Part shown: piece after piece, positions 12,149-24,774 of the stretch
How positions within the stretch are numbered: position 1 is the first letter of the stretch
How the letters are laid out: the number at the start of each line of letters is the position of its first letter
Origin: Zancudomyces culisetae HAW-14-8
Taxonomy: Eukaryota > Fungi > Kickxellomycota
Direction of reading: 5' to 3'
Length of the DNA stretch: 64,000 nucleotides
NCBI GenBank assembly: GCA_052426225.1
Contig: JBNJNM010000008.1
Coordinates: 372,001-436,000, forward strand
The notes under the pieces: model-generated
Told to the model about the DNA's origin: nothing
What the model saw: the letters and a program-made list of their open reading frames with translations, nothing else
The model's database searches: none
Program-made: the position numbers and the translations under genes

Positions 12149-13924
12149 ATGGAAGAGCTAGTAAAAGAAACTGAAATAGAAAGGTACATAGAGGACTTTT
12201 TCAAAAAGGAGGCGGGAAAGAAGGCGGTAACCCTAAAACGGAGAATAGAATTCCATGAGGCAAGAATACCAGATAGAAAAATGGAACAGCTGAAAAAGAA
12301 GTACAAGGTGGTGACAAGTGATAAAAGCGAGTTGATAGTGAAAGAACGGAAAAGGGTTGAAACAAGGTTGGAAAAAGATGCAGAGGTAGACTCAGACGAA
12401 GAAATAGTTGACGGACATGAGGTGTTCCCAAAAGATAAGGTGGAAAATGGTTGGAAAAAGATTAGAGCAGTAGGAATGGGTCTGAACAATCTAGGAAACA
12501 CATGTTTCTTGAACTCAGTACTACAGTGTCTGACACACACGCCTAGCCTGGCGGAGTACCTTTTGACAAAACACCATTCGAAAGGGTGCAAGCTTGGAGA
12601 TAACTGTATGGTTTGTCGAATGGAGGCACAGATAAATAGAAGCTATAATACACAGAAGGGAGAGAAGTCAATGTCACCAACACACATAGTGGGGCGGCTA
12701 AAGTCAATAGCGAAGCACATGCGTGTGGGACGACAGGAGGACGCACATGAATTTTTGAGGTATCTGATTGATGCAATGCAGCAGAATTTAGAGAGTAATG
12801 CGGGTATCAAGCGCGGAAAGGCGAGCGAAACAACAATGATTCACCGCGTATTTGGTGGCCGGTTGAGGAGTAGTGTCACATGTCTTAAATGTGGAAACCG
12901 ATCAGACACAGTGGATCCATGTTTAGATATCTCGTTGGATGTCCAGCATGCATCATCAGTGGCAAAATGTTTTGGGTCCTTTACGCGTCCCGAAAAACTC
13001 AGTGGTGCGAATAAATACAAATGTGCGCACTGTCGCACGCTAACAGATGCAACAAAGCAGCTCACTATATCCAAAACACCCAGTGTACTGACACTGCAGC
13101 TTAAGCGGTTCTGTGCCTTTTCATCCATCAAGATAGCCAAATTTATAGAATTTCCTTTGATTCTGGATTTACAAAAATATGTTGCAGCTGATTCAAAAAG
13201 CGAAAAAAATTCTTGTAGTTACTCGCTGTATGCTGTCTTGGTTCACTCTGGTCACTCGTGCAAATCCGGTCACTATTTTTGCTACGTGAAATCCCCATCT
13301 GGTGTGTGGTATGAAATGAATGATTCGCTGGTTCGACCTGTTAGTGTCAACACTGTATTGAGTCAATCTGCATACCTACTTTTTTATGAAAAGATGGGTC
13401 CTTCCAAAACCCAACCCCCTGTACAGCCCATTCCAGCACATATTGCTGAAGGTAAACCAGCTGCTACAACTTCCACCCTTGTAAACAATACATCAGCTGC
13501 TACTCTCCTCGAAGACTCTGTATCCACACCTGTGGATATATCTACCGTACTGACTAACCAATCCACTACTCCCCTCACTAAAAAACAGAAGAAGCTGTTA
13601 CGTAAGCTGAACAAGAATAAAAACAAAAACAAAAACAAAAAGAAAAAGAAGAGTTCTCCTTCTTCGATTTCTATCCCTGTATCTCTTGGGAAAGCACCAA
13701 CCATCTCGAATGCTGGCCACTGGGATGTTTCCTCCAACTCTGCATCTGACCGCGATAAAATTTTATTGAAGTTGTTTAATGAAGGTTCTAACCAAAAAGT
13801 TCCAGATTCCTGGGACGTAGAGTATGATCGAGGAAAACTCAAAAAAGTCAAGTCCAAGAAGAAGCGTTCTATGGTTAGACCTTCGAACCCATTCCAACTT
13901 GCCTCGGAGATTAAGGGTAGTTAA
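12149..13924 (+). CDS. Ubiquitin carboxyl-terminal hydrolase, USP36/USP42-like
   Basis: Cys box GLNNLGNTCFLNSVLQ, QEDAHEF, His box VLVHSGHSCKSGHY, and the C-terminal WDVEYDRGKLKKVK motif typical of USP36. Confidence 0.9.
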   Translation: MEELVKETEIERYIEDFFKKEAGKKAVTLKRRIEFHEARIPDRKMEQLKKKYKVVTSDKSELIVKERKRVETRLEKDAEVDSDEEIVDGHEVFPKDKVENGWKKIRAVGMGLNNLGNTCFLNSVLQCLTHTPSLAEYLLTKHHSKGCKLGDNCMVCRMEAQINRSYNTQKGEKSMSPTHIVGRLKSIAKHMRVGRQEDAHEFLRYLIDAMQQNLESNAGIKRGKASETTMIHRVFGGRLRSSVTCLKCGNRSDTVDPCLDISLDVQHASSVAKCFGSFTRPEKLSGANKYKCAHCRTLTDATKQLTISKTPSVLTLQLKRFCAFSSIKIAKFIEFPLILDLQKYVAADSKSEKNSCSYSLYAVLVHSGHSCKSGHYFCYVKSPSGVWYEMNDSLVRPVSVNTVLSQSAYLLFYEKMGPSKTQPPVQPIPAHIAEGKPAATTSTLVNNTSAATLLEDSVSTPVDISTVLTNQSTTPLTKKQKKLLRKLNKNKNKNKNKKKKKSSPSSISIPVSLGKAPTISNAGHWDVSSNSASDRDKILLKLFNEGSNQKVPDSWDVEYDRGKLKKVKSKKKRSMVRPSNPFQLASEIKGS

Positions 13925-15642
13925 TTTGTTTTTCCTCTAGTTTGCCAGGTTTGTTGGGGATTTTCGTTTTAGATAATTGTGTGTATATCCCCCCTTTCCC
14001 CATTTCATAAAGTTTTTATTTCCTTACCAGGACATTTTTACTTGTCTCTTTTTTTTTGGAGAGTTTCTAGGTAACCTGAGGAATGAATATCAATTATTTT
14101 TCACTCCATTTTATTAGCTACTAAAATCCACCCATTCTCATATTGGAAAAAAAAACATACAAGAGCCGCCTATTGCAGCTACTATGTTTTATTTTTATTC
14201 CTGTTTCCAGCGCCCGTGAGAAAGTATGCATGTGAAACATACAGAGTATTTTCCCCCTCATTTTTACTTTAATATTAAAATATGTCAACCATGTGCAATG
14301 TCATTTGGAAAAGAAAGTAGTATACAGCCATTAGATACTTGGAGAGGTTTCAAACCAAAGGCAAATATATTAAACAGTAAACATAGTTGGTTACGATATT
14401 AGACTTGGCTCACATCCATATTCACTTCATTCTTTTTACTTGTGTTTTCGTTATTCATCATTTATCTCGGTCCTACTACTTTTCAACATTTCCTCTTCGC
14501 TTTCATTTTCATTTTTCAGTGTAAATTACATTGTACTGTTTCCAAGGGAGATACCCCTCCTCCAAGGAAGAGCTACCCGTAATTCCGAGAGTTCGTAGTT
14601 AACCCGGCAACACTTTTCTTTTTTTCTTTTATTATTATTTTTGGACATTTCCCTCTCTTCTTACACTAATTCTCGTATGTTGACATGTGCTATGTATTGG
14701 GTAGTATATAACCACTTTTTATTAAAACCATACAGCCAATATCGGTCTATATCATTTTGTGTTTTTCGGACCTAATTGGTGCTTTCAGTATTATTAAAAA
14801 AACTATAATCCGGAATCCCCCTTCATATATAAAACCAATTCAATTACTGGATACATTTTCAAAACCCGGAATCTGTTATACATTTGTTATGACTTCACTA
14901 TCAATCGTGTGTTTTGCAAGTTTCCCTATCACTTGTCCGATGTTTTAACAAGTAGCTGAGCAAATTTAAAGGTGACAGGCGTTACAGTTCAAGAAAGTAG
15001 ACGCCATTATCGTGAATAAAATGGACATATTATATTGAAGTTGAATAATGAATCAAAAAAAATGTGCACATACCTTTAATTGCTATCAACTCGAAATACA
15101 CTAAGGATCCTTTTTTACTTTTAGAAGAGTAAGGAATTTTTATTATACTAACGGGTTGAGATTGCGAACAAGGAGTAATATAACTATCCAAACCTTCTCT
15201 TTTTTTTCTGTGTATGGTAATATAGCTGTGATACCGGATTTACTATTTCCAGCCGATTTTTGGTATATTTAAAGTTAATTACTGAAATATTAATAAACTG
15301 GGGAAATATATTACAGCATAGCATCGTAGTGTCACATTCAGCCTACAACTCAAACCACTTCAACCGCATTTCAGGAAATAGAGCAGTTGTTCAAGAAAAG
15401 TTAATACTGGTGTGTAGCGAAATAAACGCTGTAAGTTCATAGTTCATCTAATTTGTATGTATTATTCCCACCTTGTATTTTTTTTATCAGTATAAACGGT
15501 CTTGAATAACTTTATAAGTGTGATACGCATAAATATACATGCTCTTGTATCATTAATTAATTAGCAAGATATCTGTATTAAAGTATTTATAACAAATAGA
15601 GTTTTTCAAGATACAGGGTATACCGAGAAAAGATAATGCGCA

Positions 15643-17029
15643 ATGTTTAAACTAACAACAGTGTTACTTTTTGTGATGTTGGATTTGTCCTTGTGTCTCC
15701 ATGGGTTCAAATTAAATAGGTAGATCCTCACTCTCTATAAATGTATAGCATCCTATCTATAATAAATTAAAAATGATAGCCATCAAGGCAACTTGTAAAT
15801 GAATAGGTTATGGCCCAGGATAACAGGTGGTACAATAGTGAGTGGTAATACATACCCATTTATGGCGTATATCTCAACAATGCGGGATGGGAGTGAGTTT
15901 GTATGTGGAGGAAGTCTAGTATCAGAGAACTATGTGGTTACAGCAGCCCATTGTGCGGAGGATCCTCAAACTTCGCAAGCTATAAATCCCCAGTTTGTAA
16001 AAATAGGGTTGGGAGCATCAAGTATTGGCTCGTTAGTTTACTTTAAGGCAACAAAAGTCATTATCCATCCTGGATGGTCACGTACTAGCATGGAGGTATA
16101 AAGAAAAAATGATAGTAGAGCTCCTCGTATAAGTATATTCTGACTAACACTTATAGTAAATACTAAACACTGGTCTTACAAAAAAAAACACACACATGTA
16201 GAACGACATTGCGCTGATCAGAATCGATACATCGGGAGGTAAACGTGTGTCCAAGGGGATAATTAAAGTTCTAAATAGCGGAGCTAGTGTAAAACCAAAT
16301 GCAGTAGTCAGGGCCCTAGGTTGGGGAAAAACAGATAACAGCGCCACCGACGTCTCACAGGAACTCCGTCAAGTAGATTTAGCTATAGAGTCCTCAGATA
16401 GTTGTAACAAGCTGATCAAAAATAAGGTTCAGAGAAGCTTTAGATTTATTAAAAACTTTATGAAGCGAGGTTTTACAGATTTTCATAATAGAGAAGGTGA
16501 CAAAATATACACGCTACTCACCAGCACAACAACCACAGTATCCCAGATAGTTACCCAAACAGTTACTCAAAATATCATTAATACCGATGAACATACTCGA
16601 AATGTAACAGAAGAGGTATATCTCAATGGTGGCAAAAGTGGTAGTATAGAAAACGTAATGCATAACTTCACTAGGGCTGAAAAAATGCACAGTAGCAGGT
16701 TGTTACAGGTAGAAAACAAATTATGTACGAATACCTCGCTAATAAACAGCGAGCTGGACAGTTTTGCGCTAAACTCCAGGAGAGCGCAGCGAATGGGTAT
16801 GATGACCAATTCAAGAAGCATGCAAATAAGGGATACTTGTCTGGGAGATTCAGGTGGTCCATTGATGTATTACTCGGGAGGTACGTGGAATCTGGTTGGA
16901 ATAACAAGCTATGGGATCGATAAGTTTGGTGAACGGAGTAATTATTGTGGAATTGAAGGTGGGATTGGGTTTTATACATATGTACCCTACTACTCGGATT
17001 TTATACTCCAGACAACCAAACAGAAATAA
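15643..17029 (+). CDS. Secreted trypsin-like (S1) serine protease with large loop insertions (3 exons)
   Basis: Signal-peptide exon 15643-15718; exon 15807-16096 (R-ITGG, CGGSLV, TAAHC); exon 16202-17029 (NDIALI, GWG, DTCLGDSGGP). Catalytic triad complete. Confidence 0.88.
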
Positions 17030-17509
17030 GCTAGTGTTTTTATTTCATTTAACTGGTAATTTATTTAATCAAATCTAGTTACATATTGCAAGGATATATA
17101 CAAGGTATTAATCAATAAACGACACTTTTAAAACTTGAGTGTGTGCAAACCAGCATTTATACTTGTGGGCAAACCAAGATATTGTGGGTTTATTGTGGGA
17201 TGTGATTCTATTTTTTATGATCTTTCAATTTGTTGGTTTAGCTTTTAGGGGGTGATTGTTGGCAAATAACAAGATCTAGCAAATAAAATGTGTTTAAAAT
17301 TTTGTTTATTTCCCTCGCATTTATCATAAAAATATTAGCGTTCGTTACTATAACAAGAAAAGCAACAAAACATTCGAAAATCAAGTGCAGCTAGGGAGAA
17401 AAGAAGATCGAGTGGGTGGACAAGAAGGGTAAATAAATCATAGAAACCATATCCTAGAGACATTTTTGAAAAAACATTGGATAAATGCAAAAGAAAAAAT
17501 ACAGGGAAA

Positions 17510-19516
17510 ATGAGAGAATACAAAGTACTGTGTGTTGCTGAGAAGCCTTCTATGGCCAAAGCAATAGCAGAAATATTGTCAAAAGGTAGATATAATAGAC
17601 GGCAAGGAAAAAATAAATACTGTGGAAACTATGATTTTATGTACCAATTCAACCGAGGCCGAGGAGGAAGAGGAGGAAATAATGTAGCAGTAACAATGAC
17701 AAGCTTACTGGGGCATTTGATGGAATTAAGATTTACGGAGGAATATCGAAACTGGAGTAGCGTAGATCCAATCAGATTTTTTAGCATAGGTGTAGAAAAG
17801 GCTATAGTAAACAAGGATATGATTGCTGTGGCGAAAAATATAGAGATGGAAAGCAGGTATGCCGACGAATTGATAATATGGACGGATTGTGATAGAGAAG
17901 GGGAAAACATTGGCGAGGAAATAAAGCAAGTAAGCGTACAAAGTAATAGGGCAATAATAGTGAAGCGCGCGCAATTCAGTGCTGTAGTTGAGGCGGAAAT
18001 AGAGCATGCAATGAATTCAGCGAGAGAAATTAACTATAGAATGGTGGAGGCGGTGGATGTACGTTCAGAGTTGGATTTGAGGATTGGTGTGGTACTGACA
18101 CGTTTTCAGACGCTGTTTTATCAACGTTTGTTTCCCGAACTGGCAGCGCAGCAACCTAGACCCTCAAGCAGCGGAAGCGGGAGCAATAACAAGAACAACT
18201 CTGGTGGTAGAGGAAAAAGCGGGAAAAATGCCAGCAACGCAGCTAAGGGTAAAGAAACGGGTGGTTCGGGGATAATAAGCTATGGAGGATGTCAGTTTCC
18301 AACTTTGGGATTTGTAGTCGATCAGTACAAAAAAGTAAAAGAGTTTAAGAGTGAAGATTACTATTATTTGCAGGTGTTGGATAAAAACGACGCAAAGTTT
18401 GTATGGAAGCGGGGCCGAATCTACGACAAAATTAGCGGAACGGGTATATTTTTAACGCTGTTTAAAGATGAGAATAGCTATCATGAGGCGGTAGTAACTT
18501 CAAATGCACAAACGCCAAAGACAAAGTACAAGCCACTGGGACTGACCACTGTTGAAATGCAAAAGCTGGCGTTTAAGAAAATAGGAATGAGCACTGAACA
18601 GACTATGAAGGTAGCCGAGAAGTTGTACAACAAGGGTATGATTTCGTACCCGAGGACAGAAACGGACCGGTATAGCAAAAACATGGACTTGAAAAAGCTG
18701 GTTATGTTGCAAGTTGGGAATGAAAAATGGGGGGAATTTGCCAGGAAGCTTTTGCATGAGAATGGATTTGAGTGGCCAAGAAACGGAAAAAAGGATGATG
18801 GAGCACATCCGCCGATTCACCCTACAAAAGCACAGCCAAAGGACCTGACCGCTGAGGAGAGTAAGCTGTACGAACTAGTGACAAGGCGGTTTCTGGCATC
18901 ATGCTCACAAAACGCCATAGGGAGCGAAAACAAAATCACCATTAGAATTCAACAAGAAACATTTAGCATGAAGGGGCTGACAATTAAGCAAAAGAACTAT
19001 TTGGAGGTATACATCTATGAGAAATGGCAGGCCTCAGCCGCAAACTCCAATGTGATGACCAATGAATATCCTGTAAACAGCACTTTTGTTCCTAAAGAAA
19101 TCAGCTTAAAGCAGGGGACGACAACTGCACCAAATTTATTGGACGAGGCTGAGTTGGTTAATCTGATGGACAAAAACCAAATAGGAACCGATGCCACAAT
19201 CCACGAACATATTAAAAAGATACTGGACCGAAACTATGTATTCAAAATTCCAGTAGGGAGCACAATGAGGTTCGTTCCATCAAATTTGGGAATCGCGCTG
19301 GTAGAAGGATACGATAAGATCGGATTGGACTTATCTCTATCAAAACCGTATCTACGGCGTGAGATGGAAAACCTTTTGGTTAACATCTCAAATGGGGCTA
19401 TTGAAAAGTCGTTTGTAACCACCAATGTTTTAACACTATATAAATCCATGTATGAACACGTATTGAGGAACAAGAATGTACTGGCGGACTCGCTGCAGAC
19501 CTATCTGTCCACATGA
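17510..19516 (+). CDS. TOP3: DNA topoisomerase III (alpha-type core)
   Basis: VAEKPS, GHL, WTDCDREGENI, SYGGCQFPTLGFVV, catalytic ISYPRTET, AHPPIHP and IGTDAT motifs. Confidence 0.95.
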   Translation: MREYKVLCVAEKPSMAKAIAEILSKGRYNRRQGKNKYCGNYDFMYQFNRGRGGRGGNNVAVTMTSLLGHLMELRFTEEYRNWSSVDPIRFFSIGVEKAIVNKDMIAVAKNIEMESRYADELIIWTDCDREGENIGEEIKQVSVQSNRAIIVKRAQFSAVVEAEIEHAMNSAREINYRMVEAVDVRSELDLRIGVVLTRFQTLFYQRLFPELAAQQPRPSSSGSGSNNKNNSGGRGKSGKNASNAAKGKETGGSGIISYGGCQFPTLGFVVDQYKKVKEFKSEDYYYLQVLDKNDAKFVWKRGRIYDKISGTGIFLTLFKDENSYHEAVVTSNAQTPKTKYKPLGLTTVEMQKLAFKKIGMSTEQTMKVAEKLYNKGMISYPRTETDRYSKNMDLKKLVMLQVGNEKWGEFARKLLHENGFEWPRNGKKDDGAHPPIHPTKAQPKDLTAEESKLYELVTRRFLASCSQNAIGSENKITIRIQQETFSMKGLTIKQKNYLEVYIYEKWQASAANSNVMTNEYPVNSTFVPKEISLKQGTTTAPNLLDEAELVNLMDKNQIGTDATIHEHIKKILDRNYVFKIPVGSTMRFVPSNLGIALVEGYDKIGLDLSLSKPYLRREMENLLVNISNGAIEKSFVTTNVLTLYKSMYEHVLRNKNVLADSLQTYLST

Positions 19517-20602
19517 TTAGTATCTTAATCCCCCGTCTATTTTTAGCACACTTCCTGTAACATACTCCGCTTTACTTAGGTACATTACTCCTAATGCCAC
19601 ATCCTAGTTTGATTCACAATAGCATGTTTTGTTATCTCTGATATTAGGTATAAGGCTCTCGTTGTGGTTGCCAAGTAATAAAAAATCAATATTTTTTTCT
19701 GTTTTGAATAGAAGATTAGTTAAGTAATTGGAATTTGTATTAATTATTCCTTACTTTTGGATCACCTATCCTTCCAAGCAAAGTGTTTTGCTTAACTTTT
19801 TCGATTTCAATGTTCTCGCCTATTCGACATCAAAATTACAGGTCGTTATTATCAAGTATATAGCGCATGAATTCGCTGATATATCCTATATGGAGCATTC
19901 AAACAAACTGTATGATATCTTACTTTTTATCATTTCTGTGTCTATGTAACCTGGGCATATAACATTAACACGGATGTTTTTACTTGCAAATTCTCTTGCC
20001 ATACTATTTGAAAAACCAATCAACGAGCTCTTTGTAGCTGCATAAATACTCTGCCCAGCATTTCCATAGAGCCCAACAATGCTAGAAATATTAATTATGC
20101 ATCTGCTACCACCCTCAACTCCGCTCCCATTCCTACCCCCACCTACACCGCCATCACCACCACTACTAGCTGCATTCACGGGCATCATCATATATTTGAT
20201 CGCCTGTTTGCACATGTTAATTACACCAAACGTATTTGTTGCAAATTGTTCCATTATTTCCGAATCCTTGGTGCGTAGCAGTAGCCTGTCTCTGTTTATT
20301 CCTGCACAGTTGACCAAGTAAGCCAACTGAAATTTTTTGCCACCACTTACTACACCACCTTTTTCCTGTTCTATCCGTTTAATATCTTCCAAGGCTCGTT
20401 TAACTTGTACGTAGTCGGTTACATCACATTGGAGTATTTTGCTTCCGGATTCAATTGGACTCAGCTCTTCCTGCAGCTGTTTTATTTTGTTCTCATTCCT
20501 TCCAAAACCATACACCTTAACTCCTTCTCTCGCATATGCTAAACAGACTGCTCTACCTATTCCACCTGTAGCACCCGTAACCAGTGCAATTTTTCCTCTC
20601 AT
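19517..20602 (-). CDS. Short-chain dehydrogenase, 3-oxoacyl-ACP reductase (FabG/CBR4/OAR1-like), 3 exons
   Basis: TGATGGIG, NCAG and YAATK motifs. Spliced 3' exons of about 19819-19755 (ENIEIEKVKQNTLLGRIGDPK) and 19603-19517 (DVALGVMYLSKAEYVTGSVLKIDGGLRY*). Confidence 0.88.
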
Positions 20603-20942
20603 TCTGTTTTATAGTACTTTGTATCTTTATTGATTGCGGTTGATCAAGAGGAAAAAGAGTACTAAACATGAAATAAAAAAAGGTGTCGATTTGGTTTTTT
20701 TTTTCTACTTAGTTTCCTAATTAATGCTATTATCCCGTAATTACGAACTACGAAATAGAAATCGATGCGAAATATTATGCTCGAATTTTAAGGAGGATGG
20801 TCTAAAAACAAAAAAGAAAGCAGTTGTAACTTTGCTTCTTTCTCCACAAATAAATAACAAAAAAAGGGATAAAGAAATGTAGAGAGATAGGGGAAAAGGG
20901 TGATAAAGGGAAACCTTAAAAATTAGTACTACAAAAACGTTA

Positions 20943-22511
20943 TTATACATACTGCCACAGCCCACAGTCAACACAATCCACCTCCGGCTTACACTCAGGG
21001 AGAGAAGTGGAATTGGTAATCCGATCCCATGGCAACAACACATGCTCTATAACTTCAGTAATTCTGTGGTGCCTGATGTCCAACCGCCAATTCAGTTTTT
21101 CAGCTACACCTAGCATACATGAATTTCCCAAATGGCACTTGGTTTCTAGTGCGTAGCCTGCGTAGTAACAGCTACTCGATGCGCCAGTGCACGTCCCCGT
21201 AAATATAGGGTCAGCGTCATGTCCCACGTGGTATATCGGCAGGGTTGCAAAGTCAATAGCTGGTGGCATGGGTAAGTGCAACCTCTTCGCGGCCAACAAA
21301 TCGCCTGGAGCCTCAAACGCAACAACTGGCAGTCCAAAACTCAGTCCCATCAACGCCGCCAAACTTCCACCTAAAGAATGCCCAGTAAGTACTATTTGTG
21401 AATCGGGATATCTGTTTGTTAGATCCATGATTAGCATTGCAGCTGTATAAAAGTACAAATCTTCGGCTATTGACATGCTGTTCTGCAAACACCTTTCGTC
21501 ACATTGATTGCTGCCCATATAACAGTCACAAACCGTACTCCAAGAATAGTCAACCCGAGCACAGCAGCACGAAAACATCCTATTGTCATTAAACTTGTCC
21601 TTTACCGATGTCGGTCCCCGTCCTACTAAAAACAGTGAGGCACTTGTTCCTTTAATCGATAGTACCAGTGTCTTGTTATCTTGTGTTGCAAATACATGTC
21701 CCCTTAACCCATCAGATTCCCACCCTATTGCCGTCTTGTTTTTCCAGGGTTCACCCAAGTCTTCCCATTCGTCTCCATCAATAGAATTATATGCATTGGC
21801 AGCCATTCTGGCTAAACTCAAAATTGTCTCTTTATCCCTCGTGTTGGGCACCAGTAAACCATCGTCAACCACATAGTCCCAATCCACCGTTTTCTTTTTT
21901 ATCTCTGTTTTCCAGTAGCTCTTCTGGATTCCATGTTTGCTTGCCAAATATTTCTGCCGCATTTTTTCCAACTCTTTTGCTATGCCTGCCCTCGCACTTA
22001 CTGTATTCAACGTGTTTATATCACTCCGCCCGTATTTTTTTACGGTCTCCATCGTATATCCTTCCTGGTTTGATGTATTTACGTCATCCTTCTCGTCCAT
22101 GTCATACCTTCTCACATTGTAATATTCCTCCATCTTTTCTATTCTATACTGCCTCTTTGCCTCCTCTATATCTATCCGTCCCACTTTCCCCTCTAAACCT
22201 TTTGTTTTCATTTCTTCCAAAACCTGTTGCTCGATAAACTTCTCCAAATCCTTCTCCTTTGGTAATCGTTGTACATATACATGCTTCAATGTAAATCCCT
22301 CCATTTTTTCACCACCATGAGTCTGTTCCTTTTTGGATCCTTCACCTCTAATTATTTTTGCTTTTTCTAGCGAACTGAGAATTCCATTTAATCCACTGGA
22401 GTAAAATAAAAGTGCCACTACTCCCACTAACACCAATATCCATTTTATCTTCAGTGAGCCCCGAACAGCGCCTGATTCGGGGTCTACATATTTATTCTTC
22501 CTATCCTCCAT
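20943..22511 (-). CDS. ATG15: Autophagy lipase Atg15
   Basis: N-terminal TM segment, MAANAY, GWESDGLRGHVF, IKGTS, DKFNDNRMFSCCCA, GHSLGG nucleophile elbow and Cys-rich C-terminus. Confidence 0.93.
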   Translation of the reverse strand: MEDRKNKYVDPESGAVRGSLKIKWILVLVGVVALLFYSSGLNGILSSLEKAKIIRGEGSKKEQTHGGEKMEGFTLKHVYVQRLPKEKDLEKFIEQQVLEEMKTKGLEGKVGRIDIEEAKRQYRIEKMEEYYNVRRYDMDEKDDVNTSNQEGYTMETVKKYGRSDINTLNTVSARAGIAKELEKMRQKYLASKHGIQKSYWKTEIKKKTVDWDYVVDDGLLVPNTRDKETILSLARMAANAYNSIDGDEWEDLGEPWKNKTAIGWESDGLRGHVFATQDNKTLVLSIKGTSASLFLVGRGPTSVKDKFNDNRMFSCCCARVDYSWSTVCDCYMGSNQCDERCLQNSMSIAEDLYFYTAAMLIMDLTNRYPDSQIVLTGHSLGGSLAALMGLSFGLPVVAFEAPGDLLAAKRLHLPMPPAIDFATLPIYHVGHDADPIFTGTCTGASSSCYYAGYALETKCHLGNSCMLGVAEKLNWRLDIRHHRITEVIEHVLLPWDRITNSTSLPECKPEVDCVDCGLWQYV

Positions 22512-23623
22512 TTATAGTACACCTTGTTCTTTATTTTTTGTCACCTATAAAACCAACAGTTAATTCTTAACCGGTTACAATAGATATTATATCTACACAC
22601 TATAGTATTCCGCCCACGCTTTACAGCCTTTGATGCTTGTGTTACTTTTTTTTGTTAAAATTGCACACGTCTTTGAGTAGCAGTTACTCTGCTGGAGCCG
22701 AAAGTGCGCTATTCAAGATTGGATTGTCTATTTCGCAAGATTGAATTGTTTATCTCGGAGGTTCGCCTACAAATAAAAAAGATAGTCTAACGCTGACTCT
22801 CTGATACCTATGTGTGCTGTTCAAATGATAATGTCCATTTATACATTTATTTTTTGTGTTAACAGCACAATGTTTTTATATAAGCGATTTTATGCATTTA
22901 ACCAAAACTATAAATTCACCCAATTGGTACCCAGATATGCCCTTGCTTGCTTGCTTTCCCCTTACTTTTTCTCTTTTTGCGGCAATCTGCTTTGGCAAAA
23001 ACACGGTCAAGTAAAAAATGGCGAGAAATAGAACCAGAGTCATGTGAGGAGTCTGGTTTATTTTAGCAAATAGAATGCTTTAATTATGGAAAATGGACAT
23101 GAATGACTTGGCATTTAACACATCATGCCCTACGAGGCCCTCTCATTCCCTCCCCCCCTTATTTTTTTTCCTCTCCCACCGAAACAGCTCAAATTTAGTT
23201 GGATACTGTTGGTAAGAAGGTGAATCTTTCTAGTGCAGAGCTTCCAAAACTGCCCAATCCAATTAATTCCTCTGTGCTTCAGCATTTTGTGATTTTTATT
23301 TCTCTCCTTTTTATCTCATTTGCTGTGACTAAGCACATTTGCTCATTTGCTAAGGAAAATTTTTTTCATAATTCTTATAGCTGTAATTCGCATACACTGT
23401 ATTCACAAGGAATAGTATATGAACATAAAAAAAAAGTAGCGTGATAACAAGAAAATCGAAATCACCCACCTACACTTCTTAGCCTCGCTCTCAATACGAA
23501 TTTTGCTGAAACGAAACGTCACAAGATTGTTTCTGCATATTTCTTTCACTGCATGAATTTGTTTACAGGGTGGAATAGTGTACTCATTTCTGTAATATAA
23601 TATACCAAAGCTGCATTCGTGTT

Positions 23624-24660
23624 ATGGATGATAAAAAGGATAGTACAAGTAAAGAGAAGGCTCCAGATGGTAAAAGTAGCACGTCAGGAAATGCAAAGGA
23701 ACACAAACCAAAGACGATTCAGAAGGTAATTACTACTTTTTTTATTTTTTTTATTTTTTTTTGGTTGGTAGTATTCATTTTTTGTTTAATTTTTTTTTTT
23801 TGGTGTATGTAGTGTGTAGCTGTTAATATTATACACTGTTTGTGGAAAGTTTGCAAAATAACATGTAAAAATTGCGAAATACTAGATAAAAATATCGAAA
23901 AAGGCACTGAGACAAGCCGAACAAGAGCTGTTCAATCTGTTAGTTGATCGAAAAAAGCTAGAAAAAGAATTGGTAAATTGTACTATAATACAAGAAAGAA
24001 CGAGAACTTCGCTATTATTGGTCTGGAACGCGACTTTTTGATTGTATCCAGAGATTTAAATGCGAATTTTCTCGTGCTGTTATTACCTTTGAGCTTTTTG
24101 TTAAATCCTGTTTGGAATGCTCCTCAAATTTATAACTACTATATACAGAATGGTACTTACCATCTCAAAAATTGATAACAACACTTAGATTGTGATTGAA
24201 AAATCATTGTATGATCAGGAGACACAGTATCTCACTGCAACATCAAATGAAGGAAATATCTTGAAAGGCTTTACAGGCTTTTTGGGCGGTGGTAGAGTCG
24301 ATAGAAGACGCGATGTGATAACAGATGACGATAGAATCTTTTCGGGTTCTTCCAGTACTTTTAGAAGGGTAAATAACTTGCGAACTCTGGAAATCGAAAA
24401 GTATATGTAATTTTTTTTAATTCATATTTTAACACCAGATGGTAAAACTATAATAGATTAGTGAATTGAGCCAGGGGATTGAGAACAGTAAAAAAGGCGC
24501 GGGTGGGAGTGGGTTTGGAGCAGGTTCGCTCGCCAATAAAATCAAGGCAGCATCGGTTAAGCACAAATTAAAACAAAAGTCCCAACCCTCAGGGTCTTCC
24601 AGTCACCACTCGGGTGCTTTAAAGACCAAAAAACTGAAACTCTCAGTTGATAATAACTAA
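23624..24660 (+). CDS. EAF6: NuA4 subunit Eaf6 (4 exons)
   Basis: Exons of about 23624-23725, 23886-23972, 24189-24368 and 24457-24660: ELFNLLVDRKKLEKEL-IVIEKSLYDQETQYL...GNILKGF...DDDRIFSGSS. Confidence 0.85.
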
Positions 24661-24774
24661 TTTGCAGTAAATTAAAATCACGTATTGTTTTATTTAGTTT
24701 TGTTGTTACTGGCTACTGTATTAAATGAAATAAACTTTTTTATTTATATTATTAAGAAGAGAGGCTGTGAGTGG

